Source of the DNA: Clostridia bacterium
GTDB taxonomy: Bacteria; Bacillota; Clostridia; UBA1212; DUPL01
Direction of reading: 5' to 3'
DNA length: 64,000 nucleotides
Assembly: GCA_050951325.1 (NCBI GenBank)
Contig: JBMNIW010000008.1
Location: 160,001-224,000 of the forward strand
In this document: in pieces, positions 1 to 9,280 of the stretch
Layout: each line of letters begins with the position of its first letter
Numbering within the stretch: position 1 is the stretch's first letter
Program-made: the position numbers and the translations under genes
Notes under the pieces: model-generated
Database searches by the model: none
What the model was told of the DNA's origin: nothing
The model's input: the letters and a program-made list of their open reading frames with translations, nothing else

Positions 1-126
1 ATTGCATGCAGAATACTTGCTGAAAACGGCTTTGAAGCCTATAACCTCAGCGGAGGCTACAGGCTCTATCAGACTGTAATGTATGAAAAACAGCTGCCTG
101 ACTTTCCTTGCTATCCTAAAGATTAG
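1..126 (+). CDS. 3' end of a rhodanese-domain protein (likely CoA-disulfide reductase), partial
   Basis: Frame 1 reads IACRILAENGFEAYNLSGGYRLY...KD*. NLxGGY is the typical rhodanese C-terminal motif. Confidence 0.7.
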   Translation: MACRILAENGFEAYNLSGGYRLYQTVMYEKQLPDFPCYPKD

Positions 127-842
127 ACAGGTCTGTATGCAAACAAAAAGTCCACCACCGGCTCTGAAAAAGGTTGAATGCTTTGGATGCGGTGGTCGGA
201 ACCGCAATCATATCTGAAATGGTTTGTGGAAGACACCTTGCCGCCATATATGAAGGTGTGGTCTGGTCTATCCTTGGAGCGATGGTTTACAAACACTATG
301 TCTCCAGGCTGCAAGTCTTCCACAATCTCTATTTTCTTGAATCCGTGCTTCTTGCAAAAATCCTCCAGATCCCTCGGGTCCCCTGGAGCCCATACAAACA
401 AACCACTCTGAGTTGGCTGATGTTCCGTATAACCTACCCTGTAAAGAACCCATCCCACCAGCCTGTCACAGCTTATCTTCTTCGCATCATGATTGATTGC
501 AGGATTCACAGGAGCGTCCCCATATGTAAAACTGTTCTTCCTGACATAATCGGTCACATACTTTGCTTCCCGCAATATGTCCATTACCAAAATTGAATAC
601 GTTGAATACTTCACTTTGCCAAATGCGTTATACACCCTGTATCCGTACACATAATTGGCATCAGCGCATTTCTTTGCCTCTTCAAAGCTGACAAATTCTC
701 CTTTTTGCATTTCTTTGTCATTGAAAGAAGTCCTTACATAATATTTGTGTCCACCCATGACAAAAAACAAAACACCTCCCATTGCCAAAAGAAGAATAAT
801 TCCTAAAATGACAACCACTTTTCTTTTTTTCATTTCAGTCAC
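123..842 (-). CDS. Membrane-anchored NlpC/P60-like (papain-fold) peptidoglycan hydrolase
   Basis: N-terminal TM segment; SCDRLVGWVLY (catalytic Cys), LQPGDIVF, then HTFIY (His). Confidence 0.6.
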   Translation of the reverse strand: MTEMKKRKVVVILGIILLLAMGGVLFFVMGGHKYYVRTSFNDKEMQKGEFVSFEEAKKCADANYVYGYRVYNAFGKVKYSTYSILVMDILREAKYVTDYVRKNSFTYGDAPVNPAINHDAKKISCDRLVGWVLYRVGYTEHQPTQSGLFVWAPGDPRDLEDFCKKHGFKKIEIVEDLQPGDIVFVNHRSKDRPDHTFIYGGKVSSTNHFRYDCGSDHRIQSIQPFSEPVVDFLFAYRPV

Positions 843-928
843 CTCTGCCCCCCTTTATATATCACACCAATATGTATGTCAAGGCAGAAAAATATCAAGG
901 ATTGCTTCCTTGATATTTACACACTCAG

Positions 929-2116
929 TTATTTTCTTGCTATTTCTCTACCAAACTCCACAGCCTTTTCCAAACTCTCATTGTCTGGATGCCAGTTCTG
1001 TTCAAACCCCTCATTAATAACTTCAAAACCTGCATCCTCAAGCATACCGTTAAGGAGTCTTACGGACTCTCCCTTCCAGCCATAACAACCGAAAGCACAG
1101 CCTTTCTTTTTCTTGAACTTAAGGTCCTTTATCAAATGCATGAAACCTGCCATTGAATGAAGAATACCTCCCATGATGGTGGGTGAACCAACGACTATGG
1201 TCTTTGATTTGAACACTTCTGTAATTACATCGTTATCGTCCGTCTTCGCCAGATTGAAAACCTTGACCATTACATCGTTGTCTTCTTCACTTATACCTTT
1301 TGCAATATTCTCCGCAAGAGCTTTTGTTCCATTCCACATGGTATCATAGATAATTGTAATTTGATTCTCTTTGTAATCGTTTGCCCACTGTGCATACTTC
1401 TCAACAATCTGTACAGGATTATCCCTCCAGATAACACCATGACTGGTGGCTATCATGTCAATTTGCAGATTTAAGGAAATAATCTGCTCAAGTTTCTTTC
1501 GCAGTATCGCACTGAATGGGGTCAGTATGTTTGCAAAGTACTTTATGGACTCGTTAAATAAGTCACACTGGTCCACGAGGTCGTTGAACAGCATTTCTGT
1601 TGCATAGTGTTGACCGAAAGCATCGTTACTAAAAAGAATGTTGTCTTGAGTCATGTAGCAAGCCATGCTGTCAGGCCAATGCAGCATTGCCATCTCGACA
1701 AATACGAGTTCCTTTCCATTGCCCAGATCCAGCTTGTCTCCTGTTTTGACAACATTGAAGTTCCAATCCTTGTGGTATTGTCCTCTCAATGATTTTACGC
1801 AGTTGGCAGTGCAGTAAATTGGAGTGTTGGGGATTCTCTCCATCAATTTTACAAGAGCACCACTGTGGTCCACTTCTCCATGGTTTATGACAATATAGTC
1901 AATTTTTTCAAGTTCAATTTCCTCTGCAAGGTTGTCCACAAATTCGTCTGCAAAAGGCAGCCAGACGGTATCAATTAAAACCGTCTTTTCCTCTTCAATC
2001 AGATACGCATTGTACGTAGAGCCTTTGTGAGTTGAATACTGGTAACCGTGAAAAGTTCTTAATTCCCAGTCAGTCTTACCTACCCAATACACATTGTTTT
2101 TTACATGTTTCCTCAT
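929..2116 (-). CDS. fprA: A-type flavoprotein / flavodiiron protein (metallo-beta-lactamase + flavodoxin)
   Basis: GSTYNAYLI, NHGEVDH, HWPDSM, SNDAFGQH, YDTMWNGT. Start placed at MRKHVK after an RBS. Confidence 0.92.
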   Translation of the reverse strand: MRKHVKNNVYWVGKTDWELRTFHGYQYSTHKGSTYNAYLIEEEKTVLIDTVWLPFADEFVDNLAEEIELEKIDYIVINHGEVDHSGALVKLMERIPNTPIYCTANCVKSLRGQYHKDWNFNVVKTGDKLDLGNGKELVFVEMAMLHWPDSMACYMTQDNILFSNDAFGQHYATEMLFNDLVDQCDLFNESIKYFANILTPFSAILRKKLEQIISLNLQIDMIATSHGVIWRDNPVQIVEKYAQWANDYKENQITIIYDTMWNGTKALAENIAKGISEEDNDVMVKVFNLAKTDDNDVITEVFKSKTIVVGSPTIMGGILHSMAGFMHLIKDLKFKKKKGCAFGCYGWKGESVRLLNGMLEDAGFEVINEGFEQNWHPDNESLEKAVEFGREIARK

Positions 2117-2237
2117 AGTTTTCCTCATCCTTTCCATACATGGTATATATTTTTTCACAACCTGCTTCAATTATACTGACAGCTTTTCTTGATAACTAAT
2201 AAAATAGTACTAACCGGAAAATAAGGAGGCTAAAAAA

Positions 2238-2504
2238 TTGACCAAAACAATCTTACCAATTTTTGCAATACTATTTGTTTTGTTAAGTTATACAATAACT
2301 TGCGTAAATAGTCAATTGGAATCTACAAATCATTACAAAAATGTTACAGCAAGCTGTACAGAAAACACCATCGAGCCTTCGGAATCTCCCAGTGAAGGAG
2401 GCGAACTGATTCTCTCCCTGCTGGTTGTCCTGCTTGTAACAATCACCACATTTTTAATAATCTTGCTCTTCTTCTGGTACGAGATGAACAAGAATAGAAA
2501 ATAG
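2238..2504 (+). CDS. Small membrane protein (signal peptide + C-terminal TM)
   Basis: AAGGAGG RBS before TTG; two hydrophobic segments; basic tail. Confidence 0.6.
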   Translation: MTKTILPIFAILFVLLSYTITCVNSQLESTNHYKNVTASCTENTIEPSESPSEGGELILSLLVVLLVTITTFLIILLFFWYEMNKNRK

Positions 2505-2507
2505 CAC

Positions 2508-2527
2508 GGCGCATCGAGCGATGCGCC
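2508..2527. repeat. GC-rich inverted repeat (hairpin), possible terminator
   Basis: GGCGCATCG-AG-CGATGCGCC directly after the stop codon. Confidence 0.5.
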
Positions 2528-2587
2528 AAATTAAAATATTATTCTTCTTCAGTTTTTGATATAATACAGAAAAAAGGAGATTAACGC

Positions 2588-3706
2588 ATGAGAATTGAGA
2601 CAACCAAGCTTCATAAAGACAAATATACACAAAGTTATTCAATAAATGTTCTGGAAGATGACCGATGCGTATCCACTGCAAGGATAGGTTATGTTAACAG
2701 TGTGTTCGCAGGAAAATATATAAAAGCCATGACAGTAGGGGGCGTTGCAACAGAACCAGAGTATAGAAGAAAAGGTTATGTAAGAAAGATATTGAAGATG
2801 GCTTTTGATGACGCAATAAACAAGGGAGCTTGTGTGAGTTTCCTGCATCCCTTTTCCTTTTCATATTACAGAAAATTCGGTTATGAGAAAGTTGCAGACC
2901 AGTTGATTGTTGAGTTTCCCATTGACAAACTGTCCCACATTCCCCGTGAAAGTGCTTTGTATCTTTTGAGAGGCGATAACAGACTGGATGATGTTATTAA
3001 AATATATAACGAATTTGCGTTAAAAAGAAACATAATGTTCCACAGATATGACGACAGACATTTCTTTACCAACCCAGACAGATTTAAAGGTTCCACATAT
3101 ATCTGGTATGACAACAACAGAAAACCTGCATCATATATATCTCTTTCCGTTGAGAACTATTACCATGTAAATCATATGAGATCCATCAATTTAAATGTGT
3201 ATGAAATGGCCTTTACCTCAAAGGAATCCTTGCTAAAACTCTTTGGGTTCATGAGAATGTTTGAAGGAGAGAATGACACTGTGAAAATACACAACTGTGC
3301 CATGTCTCCTGAAATTGACTTGATTCTCAGACATTACATCCATACAACGTATAAAAGATATCCGGATCTTATGGCAAGAATTCTCGATGTCAAAACCATT
3401 CTTGAATCAAACACATACCCTCAAGGTAAGGGGCATTTCAGAGTCAACATCACCGATGACCTTGAGTACACAAAGGGTGTCTGGGAGGTGGAGTTTGAAA
3501 ACGGAGTCGGTGTTGCAAAACGTGTAGACAAGGATAAATACGACGTATCCCTTTCGATGCCTGCTTTCACCCAGATAGTATACGGTTATGATAAATATAA
3601 CGCTGATGTTCTGGCGTACATGGATGGTGTTGAAATATTCAACGAAAAATCAGATTTCTTCCACGTCTTCCCAAAAAGGTACAACGGTTTGTTCGAACAT
3701 TTTTAA
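2588..3706 (+). CDS. Eis-like GNAT acetyltransferase with C-terminal SCP2-like domain
   Basis: VGGVATEPEYRRKG, LHPFSFSYYRKFGYE, MARILDV; length is typical of Eis-like proteins. Confidence 0.85.
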   Translation: MRIETTKLHKDKYTQSYSINVLEDDRCVSTARIGYVNSVFAGKYIKAMTVGGVATEPEYRRKGYVRKILKMAFDDAINKGACVSFLHPFSFSYYRKFGYEKVADQLIVEFPIDKLSHIPRESALYLLRGDNRLDDVIKIYNEFALKRNIMFHRYDDRHFFTNPDRFKGSTYIWYDNNRKPASYISLSVENYYHVNHMRSINLNVYEMAFTSKESLLKLFGFMRMFEGENDTVKIHNCAMSPEIDLILRHYIHTTYKRYPDLMARILDVKTILESNTYPQGKGHFRVNITDDLEYTKGVWEVEFENGVGVAKRVDKDKYDVSLSMPAFTQIVYGYDKYNADVLAYMDGVEIFNEKSDFFHVFPKRYNGLFEHF

Positions 3707-3827
3707 ATAAATAGAATCGAACAATTTTAAAAAAAATTAACATATTTTATTACATAAAATTTTCAAACATGATATAATATAGTTTGTTCATGTTCTTTAT
3801 GCAATTTATTTTTTTAAGGAGATAGAG

Positions 3828-4094
3828 ATGGCTGGAAACTTTATACCTCAAACAAGCGCTAAAAATTTGGAAGTCCTTGATTTGCCCGATTGTGTGCATC
3901 TTACCGACAACTTTAAATGTGAAATATTAAAAGTAAATGAATGTATGGGAAGAGAATGCTCCTTTATGCTCAACCAGAAGCAAAAAAGCAAATCATACAA
4001 CCTTTGGAAGAAAAAAATGAACGAACTAAGCGAAAGCAAGCAAAAAGACATCGCACATACATATTTCAATGGCAAAATGCCATGGAAAAGCTGA
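3828..4094 (+). CDS. Small Cys-containing hypothetical protein
   Basis: AAGGAG RBS; four Cys (DC..CEIL..ECMG..CSF). Confidence 0.65.
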   Translation: MAGNFIPQTSAKNLEVLDLPDCVHLTDNFKCEILKVNECMGRECSFMLNQKQKSKSYNLWKKKMNELSESKQKDIAHTYFNGKMPWKS

Positions 4095-5621
4095 TCACTT
4101 TTCCTCATGGTATTCTGCCTCGGTATTTACGTTCCATATATTTGACTTGTCCCTTACCCCATTCTTTATATTCTCTACAGCCACCATGGCAGTAAGCATG
4201 GAATGGTCCATATTGTTGTACCTATGCTGCCCGTTTCGTCCTATGCAGAAGAGATTTTCAAAGGAATCCAGATATTCTCTGACAATATTAAACTCCGAAT
4301 AGGTGCCGAAATATGCAGGATAGGCTTTCTTTACCTTTATGGTAATTGAATCAAGAACATCCCCCATATCTATTATCCCTATTTCCTCCAGTTCTCTTGC
4401 TGCAAAGTCTGCGAATTCTTTATCACTCATGTTCCACAGTTCATCATTCTCGCAGCAGAAATATTCAAGACCAATAAATACATTATCAGGATTGCTTACC
4501 ATATATGGCGACCAGTTGTTGAATACCTGAAGTCTTCCCAGCTTTACCTCTGGCTCCTGTATGTAAATCCAACAGTCAGGCACAATGTTGTTTATTGTTC
4601 TAATCCTGGTTGTGTTGGCAATTTTCAACTTCCTAAGCAAAAGACCAACAGTTATAAAGTCGCGGTAAGGAAGATTTACAGCTACATCCCTTACCTTGTC
4701 AGGACATTCATCCAATGCATATGCAAGGTCTTTTATTGGCATGGAAGAGAAAAACAAGTCTCCTTTAATTGTTTCCTTATCTGTTCTTACTGATATAACT
4801 CTGTTCTCTTTTGTGTCAACTCCAACAACTTTTGAGTTGAGTCTAATCTCTCCTCCCATTTTAACAATTTCCGAAGCCATCTGTTCCCACAATTGCCCCG
4901 GACCTTTCTTGGGATACATAAACTGCTCAATTAACGATGTACATTTTGTCTTGTGATCCTTTTTGAATTTTCTTGCTAAAAACTCGGCAAGTACCTTGCT
5001 GAGAGAAAGTTCTTTTACTCTCTGAGCGCCCCAGTCTGGGGCAATATGTGAAGGGTGAACACCCCACAACTTTTCCGTGTAGCGCTCGAAAAACATGGAA
5101 TACAGTTGTTTGCCAAACCTGTTTATGTAGAAATCTTCTAGAGAATTTTCATTTCTTTTTCTTAAACTTGAACTTACATACCCTACACCAGACTTTACCG
5201 ACCTTTTTAACCCCAGATTCCTTACAGTTTCCAGATTAATCGATATTGGGTAATCAAAAAACTTCTTTAGGTAATATATTCTGGAAACCCTGTTTCTAAT
5301 TAGCATAACCCTGTCCTCTTTTTCAGGATCAGGACCGTTTTCACATAGAGGTTTTTCAACTCCAAGTACATTATCGTCCCACGCTGGATGGCCCTGTATT
5401 GGCATTAGCTCCTTCCATATATCAACAACTTTGCCATTCTTGGAAAAGAACCTGTGTCCTCCCAGATCCATCCTGTTTCCTTTGTACTCTGCGGTTCTTG
5501 AAATTCCACCAATTGCGCTTGTTTCTTCAAGAATGCAGGGGCGAATATCAGTCTTCTTAAGCAGCATATATGCGGCAGTTAACCCTGCAGGCCCTGCCCC
5601 TATAATCACAGCTTTTTTCAT
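4095..5621 (-). CDS. FAD-dependent oxidoreductase (GtrA-associated, UDP-galactopyranose mutase / protoporphyrinogen oxidase-like fold)
   Basis: [34 protein letters not shown]; GGAGG RBS. Confidence 0.85.
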   Translation of the reverse strand: MKKAVIIGAGPAGLTAAYMLLKKTDIRPCILEETSAIGGISRTAEYKGNRMDLGGHRFFSKNGKVVDIWKELMPIQGHPAWDDNVLGVEKPLCENGPDPEKEDRVMLIRNRVSRIYYLKKFFDYPISINLETVRNLGLKRSVKSGVGYVSSSLRKRNENSLEDFYINRFGKQLYSMFFERYTEKLWGVHPSHIAPDWGAQRVKELSLSKVLAEFLARKFKKDHKTKCTSLIEQFMYPKKGPGQLWEQMASEIVKMGGEIRLNSKVVGVDTKENRVISVRTDKETIKGDLFFSSMPIKDLAYALDECPDKVRDVAVNLPYRDFITVGLLLRKLKIANTTRIRTINNIVPDCWIYIQEPEVKLGRLQVFNNWSPYMVSNPDNVFIGLEYFCCENDELWNMSDKEFADFAARELEEIGIIDMGDVLDSITIKVKKAYPAYFGTYSEFNIVREYLDSFENLFCIGRNGQHRYNNMDHSMLTAMVAVENIKNGVRDKSNIWNVNTEAEYHEEK

Positions 5622-5632
5622 AACTACCTCCG

Positions 5633-6070
5633 TTACTTGAATAGTGTTACCTTGCGGGCAACAAAGTTCCAAACAAAAACCACGCCCGATACGATAACCT
5701 TCACAAATATGTACATGTCATCTCCTAGAATTGACAACCCTATATACATGCCTAGTTCGGTAAGAACAAGTCCTCCAACACCAATAATTGCAAATATCGC
5801 AACAGACAATGCTTCTCTTCCCTTTATCCTCTCCCTCGCTTTGTTAAAAACAAACAATATGGATAACGCATAATTGTATACAAGCCCTGCAATAAATCCT
5901 ATTGCAGCACCAAACAGTATTCCAGGTCTGCCCAGACTCCGGAACACATATTTTGAAAACACATAAAGCACAGCGGTATCCAAAATAAAGGCTGATCCTC
6001 CAACCAGAAGATACCTAATGAATTCTCCCGCAACTTGCGGAATTGCAACCTTCTTATCTACTTTTTCCAC
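5633..6070 (-). CDS. GtrA family membrane protein
   Basis: FIRYLLVGG, four TM segments, VWNFVARK at the C-terminus. Confidence 0.85.
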   Translation of the reverse strand: MEKVDKKVAIPQVAGEFIRYLLVGGSAFILDTAVLYVFSKYVFRSLGRPGILFGAAIGFIAGLVYNYALSILFVFNKARERIKGREALSVAIFAIIGVGGLVLTELGMYIGLSILGDDMYIFVKVIVSGVVFVWNFVARKVTLFK

Positions 6071-6189
6071 GTTTTCTTCCTCTATGTATGAATTTCTTCC
6101 AGTTCCTGCGAATTATATCACGAATAAAGACATTTGGCAAATTATTGTCTATTTTCCGAGAGATTAACATATTGTTTAAACTTTCAATT

Positions 6190-6418
6190 ACGTGTTGAGA
6201 TATGCTTTCGGCGGTGGCGTTGGCTACGCAATTATAAATTAATCAATTTGAATCTGGTTGGAAAAATGCCCAGCAGCGTATTATTCCCTACGCACAATGG
6301 CTCTGTAATACTCGTCACCGCCGTCGCAGGTGCTCTCTTTTTCAAGGAGAAACTATCCACTCGCCAATATATAAGCATTTTGGTGGGTATAAATGGAGCA
6401 ATTCTTGTAAATATCTAA
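6190..6418 (+). pseudogene. 3' remnant of an EamA/DMT transporter
   Basis: LRYAFGGGVGYAIIN / frameshift near 6240 / LINLNLVGKMPSSVLFP...LFFKEKLS. No room upstream for the 5' part. Confidence 0.65.
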
Positions 6419-6422
6419 CAAC

Positions 6423-6451
6423 TTGCACTAATACGGAATTAAATGTACAAT
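6423..6451 (+). promoter_or_regulatory. Sigma-A promoter
   Basis: TTGCAC-N17-TACAAT upstream of an AAGGAG RBS. Confidence 0.5.
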
Positions 6452-6486
6452 GTATAATTGTGATTAAATTAGTAAGGAGAAGATAA

Positions 6487-7584
6487 ATGGCTTTAGATAT
6501 TGAATTTAAGAGTCTTGGAGAAAAATTTGAAAACCTGAAACAGATGGTAGAACAGCGTTTTTTTAATGAAAACGAAAACAAGGAATATGTTCTGGACCTT
6601 GTTGGCAAAACAAACGCCCCACAGCCAGAAGACAAGAATATGGCAGATTTACTGGGCTACTACTACTTTATTAACAATCAGACAGGAAAAGCTTTAAAAA
6701 TATACAACAAGCTGGTCGAGGAATACCCGGAGGATGAAGGCATCCTTGGTAATGCTGCAATAAGCAACGCAAGAAGGGGCTTCAAGAAAAAAGCAAAGCC
6801 TCTTTTTGAGAAAGCTTATGAGCTTGGGAACAGAAACTGTCATTTCATAATAAACTATGCAAGCTTTTGCCAGGAAGAAGGAAATAGCGATAAAAGCTAT
6901 ACAATCCTGCTTGACGCAATAGAGAAAACATCATCTCCTGACATGTTTGCATGCTTGCTTGTAAACTTGTTTGCAGTTCACATGAACAAGGAAGACATAT
7001 ACGCTCAAATCGAGCGGGTAACACAAATCAACCCTCTAATTGCAATAGAAAGCTCTAATGCATATAATTTTATCCTGTCATGTTTAATAATGGATTTGAT
7101 ATCCCAAAAAACAGTTTATGATGATTTGCAAAAGCTGGTTGCCTTGATTGAAAAACTCGATTTGAACAAAAAGGAAATAGAAAGCAATTTGACATTTGCC
7201 AAACTGGCACTTGAGGACCATGAAATTTCGAAAGATTCCACGCTGGATTCTCATATTAAAGTCATGACAAATGCAAATACAATTATGGAGTTATGCAATA
7301 AATATGGATTGAAAGTCCCAGAAGAAGAGGTCGCCGTTTTTTTCAAGACCTTGCAGTACGCCCAGAATTCCATCATGGCAAAAAAAGAAAACCTTGCAGA
7401 TCAGATTACATATCTAAGATTAAAATACCCGGCCACAGCAGCAGCTTTCAAGAAGTTCTTTGATGATTTGGAAACCAGTAATGGTTCAAAAAAGGTCAGA
7501 AAAATAAACATCAAGACCGGCAGGAACGAACCATGCCCATGTGGAAGCAAGAAAAAGTATAAAAAATGTTGCGGTAGAAGCTAA
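6487..7584 (+). CDS. TPR protein with C-terminal SEC-C zinc-binding motif
   Basis: TPR-like helices; GRNEPCPCGSKKKYKKCC. Confidence 0.85.
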   Translation: MALDIEFKSLGEKFENLKQMVEQRFFNENENKEYVLDLVGKTNAPQPEDKNMADLLGYYYFINNQTGKALKIYNKLVEEYPEDEGILGNAAISNARRGFKKKAKPLFEKAYELGNRNCHFIINYASFCQEEGNSDKSYTILLDAIEKTSSPDMFACLLVNLFAVHMNKEDIYAQIERVTQINPLIAIESSNAYNFILSCLIMDLISQKTVYDDLQKLVALIEKLDLNKKEIESNLTFAKLALEDHEISKDSTLDSHIKVMTNANTIMELCNKYGLKVPEEEVAVFFKTLQYAQNSIMAKKENLADQITYLRLKYPATAAAFKKFFDDLETSNGSKKVRKINIKTGRNEPCPCGSKKKYKKCCGRS

Positions 7585-7615
7585 AAAGCAGGCAATGCCT
7601 GCTTTTTTAGCTTCT
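7576..7615. terminator. Bidirectional intrinsic terminator
   Basis: AAAAAGCAGGCA-A-TGCCTGCTTTTT between convergent genes. Confidence 0.85.
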
Positions 7616-9271
7616 GTACACATAATTCAACCTTCCATAGGGAGCCGTGTCACCGTTCAAATAAAAGTCTTCAATTGACCAGTCACCAGCTGTGTCATCT
7701 GCCCATTTAAAGTGAATTTCAAAGGGAGACTTGTCAAGCCCAATAAGAATTCTTGGTACTTTCAGCATCATCTCCTTGCCTTCATATCTAAGAGGTGCCC
7801 TTCCCACAGGAACAAAACGCCATGCGCCAAGACTCTTGTGTATTAGCGAGTTGTTGCCGTCAACCAGCTCCAGATTCAAAGCGTACTGGTATCTCTCCCA
7901 CCCTATAAACTCATTTCCCGCTATATGCAGAAACAATCTCATCCATGGAGTAAAAGAATACCCCTTAATATTCTCATACGTACTCACGTAAAAGTAGATA
8001 TTGTCCTTGTCATGGCATATCTTCATTATGTCTATATCATTTCTGCCTGTTGTGTTTACATATCTTTCTCCATCAACACCAAAATGATCCCTGTGGCAGC
8101 TGCCAAACGGGAAATCATAAAAGGTTGGCTCCACATCCTCCCACTGGGAAAATGGTCCGTTAAAATCAATAGTTTTCTCCATTCCCGGCTTTATTTCATC
8201 CATACCCTTGAATCGGCGCACGTAGTCAATAAGCTGCATGTAGTAGTCATCAAAGTGTCCATCTCTCATAGGCTCAATATCTCTTGAGAACTCCTGGTTT
8301 GCCTGGTCAATAAAAGTTACAGGACGTTCTTTGGATCCCCTTATCCTTCCCATGGACCATTCATTCCATCCGGTAACAAATATTATCTTCGGGTCTTGTG
8401 CAATGGCATACTCCCACTGCTCGGCAATATTGAAGCCCCAGTTCAATGCACCCTTTGTCTTGTCGTTATACCCATCATGAAAAGCCCTGCCTCTGTTTCT
8501 TACCTCTCCATACATGGCAGAATCCCCAAACTTGATCTGCGGATGCTGGGCAACAGACACACTAATAACTTCAGGGTTGCCATTCTTGTCCCTGAATACA
8601 TACTGCGGCCTTTCAAAGCTCATCCAGGGAAACCCGCCCTGCTTGAAAGGCTCCGTAGGCCATTGGGGCAGCCTAAAGGTAAAAAACTCTCTTGCCTCTT
8701 CGGAACACTCTTCAGGATTGCCAATAATTAATGGTTTTCCTTCATAGTAGAACCAAGCATCCGGGCAAAACCTTGCCTTGTACACATCCTCATATATCTC
8801 GTTCACTGTCTCTCCGGATTTCGTATTTGTGTAATATACAACTTTGGGTACTTTGAATCCTCTTTGAATGTATTCGTCAATTATTCTAATAACCGTCATG
8901 CAGTTGTGCTTGAAGGTTAGTCTGTTTGTGGTGTCAAACACTATGAAATCAATATCCGCATACGAAAGCATCTCCACATGCTTCCGTATAACCCATTCAT
9001 CATCAGCAGCATAGTAGCCAAAGAGCGGCTCACCCCAGTGGTAGACACATCTGCCCGTCCCCCAGGCTGGATGGTCGTAATCCAGTGCTGCTTCCGGGGT
9101 CTCTTTCAGCAGTTTGTCCACATTCACAACCGTTCTTTTTTCATTTGAAGAACTTCTGTGTACAAAGTAGAAGATTCCAACGTACTTGTCTTTTCGTCTT
9201 GGTCCCACATCCTCAATCATCGGGAGTTTTCTTCCCAATCTGTCATATCCTGCAACAGGCCCATATTTCAT
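7607..9271 (-). CDS. Cytoplasmic GH99/GH71-like glycoside hydrolase
   Basis: VGIFYF, WGEPLFGYY, DIDFIVFD, GKPLI, VTGWNEW, DIEP; no signal peptide. Confidence 0.65.
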   Translation of the reverse strand: MKYGPVAGYDRLGRKLPMIEDVGPRRKDKYVGIFYFVHRSSSNEKRTVVNVDKLLKETPEAALDYDHPAWGTGRCVYHWGEPLFGYYAADDEWVIRKHVEMLSYADIDFIVFDTTNRLTFKHNCMTVIRIIDEYIQRGFKVPKVVYYTNTKSGETVNEIYEDVYKARFCPDAWFYYEGKPLIIGNPEECSEEAREFFTFRLPQWPTEPFKQGGFPWMSFERPQYVFRDKNGNPEVISVSVAQHPQIKFGDSAMYGEVRNRGRAFHDGYNDKTKGALNWGFNIAEQWEYAIAQDPKIIFVTGWNEWSMGRIRGSKERPVTFIDQANQEFSRDIEPMRDGHFDDYYMQLIDYVRRFKGMDEIKPGMEKTIDFNGPFSQWEDVEPTFYDFPFGSCHRDHFGVDGERYVNTTGRNDIDIMKICHDKDNIYFYVSTYENIKGYSFTPWMRLFLHIAGNEFIGWERYQYALNLELVDGNNSLIHKSLGAWRFVPVGRAPLRYEGKEMMLKVPRILIGLDKSPFEIHFKWADDTAGDWSIEDFYLNGDTAPYGRLNYVYRS

Positions 9272-9280
9272 AAAAACACC

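Noticed and set aside
2508-2527. Hairpin as an IS end or REP element
   Set aside because: Only one copy noticed and no transposase in the window.
3700-3800. LexA box upstream of the 88-aa Cys protein
   Set aside because: GAAC and GTTC half-sites are present but not at N4 spacing.
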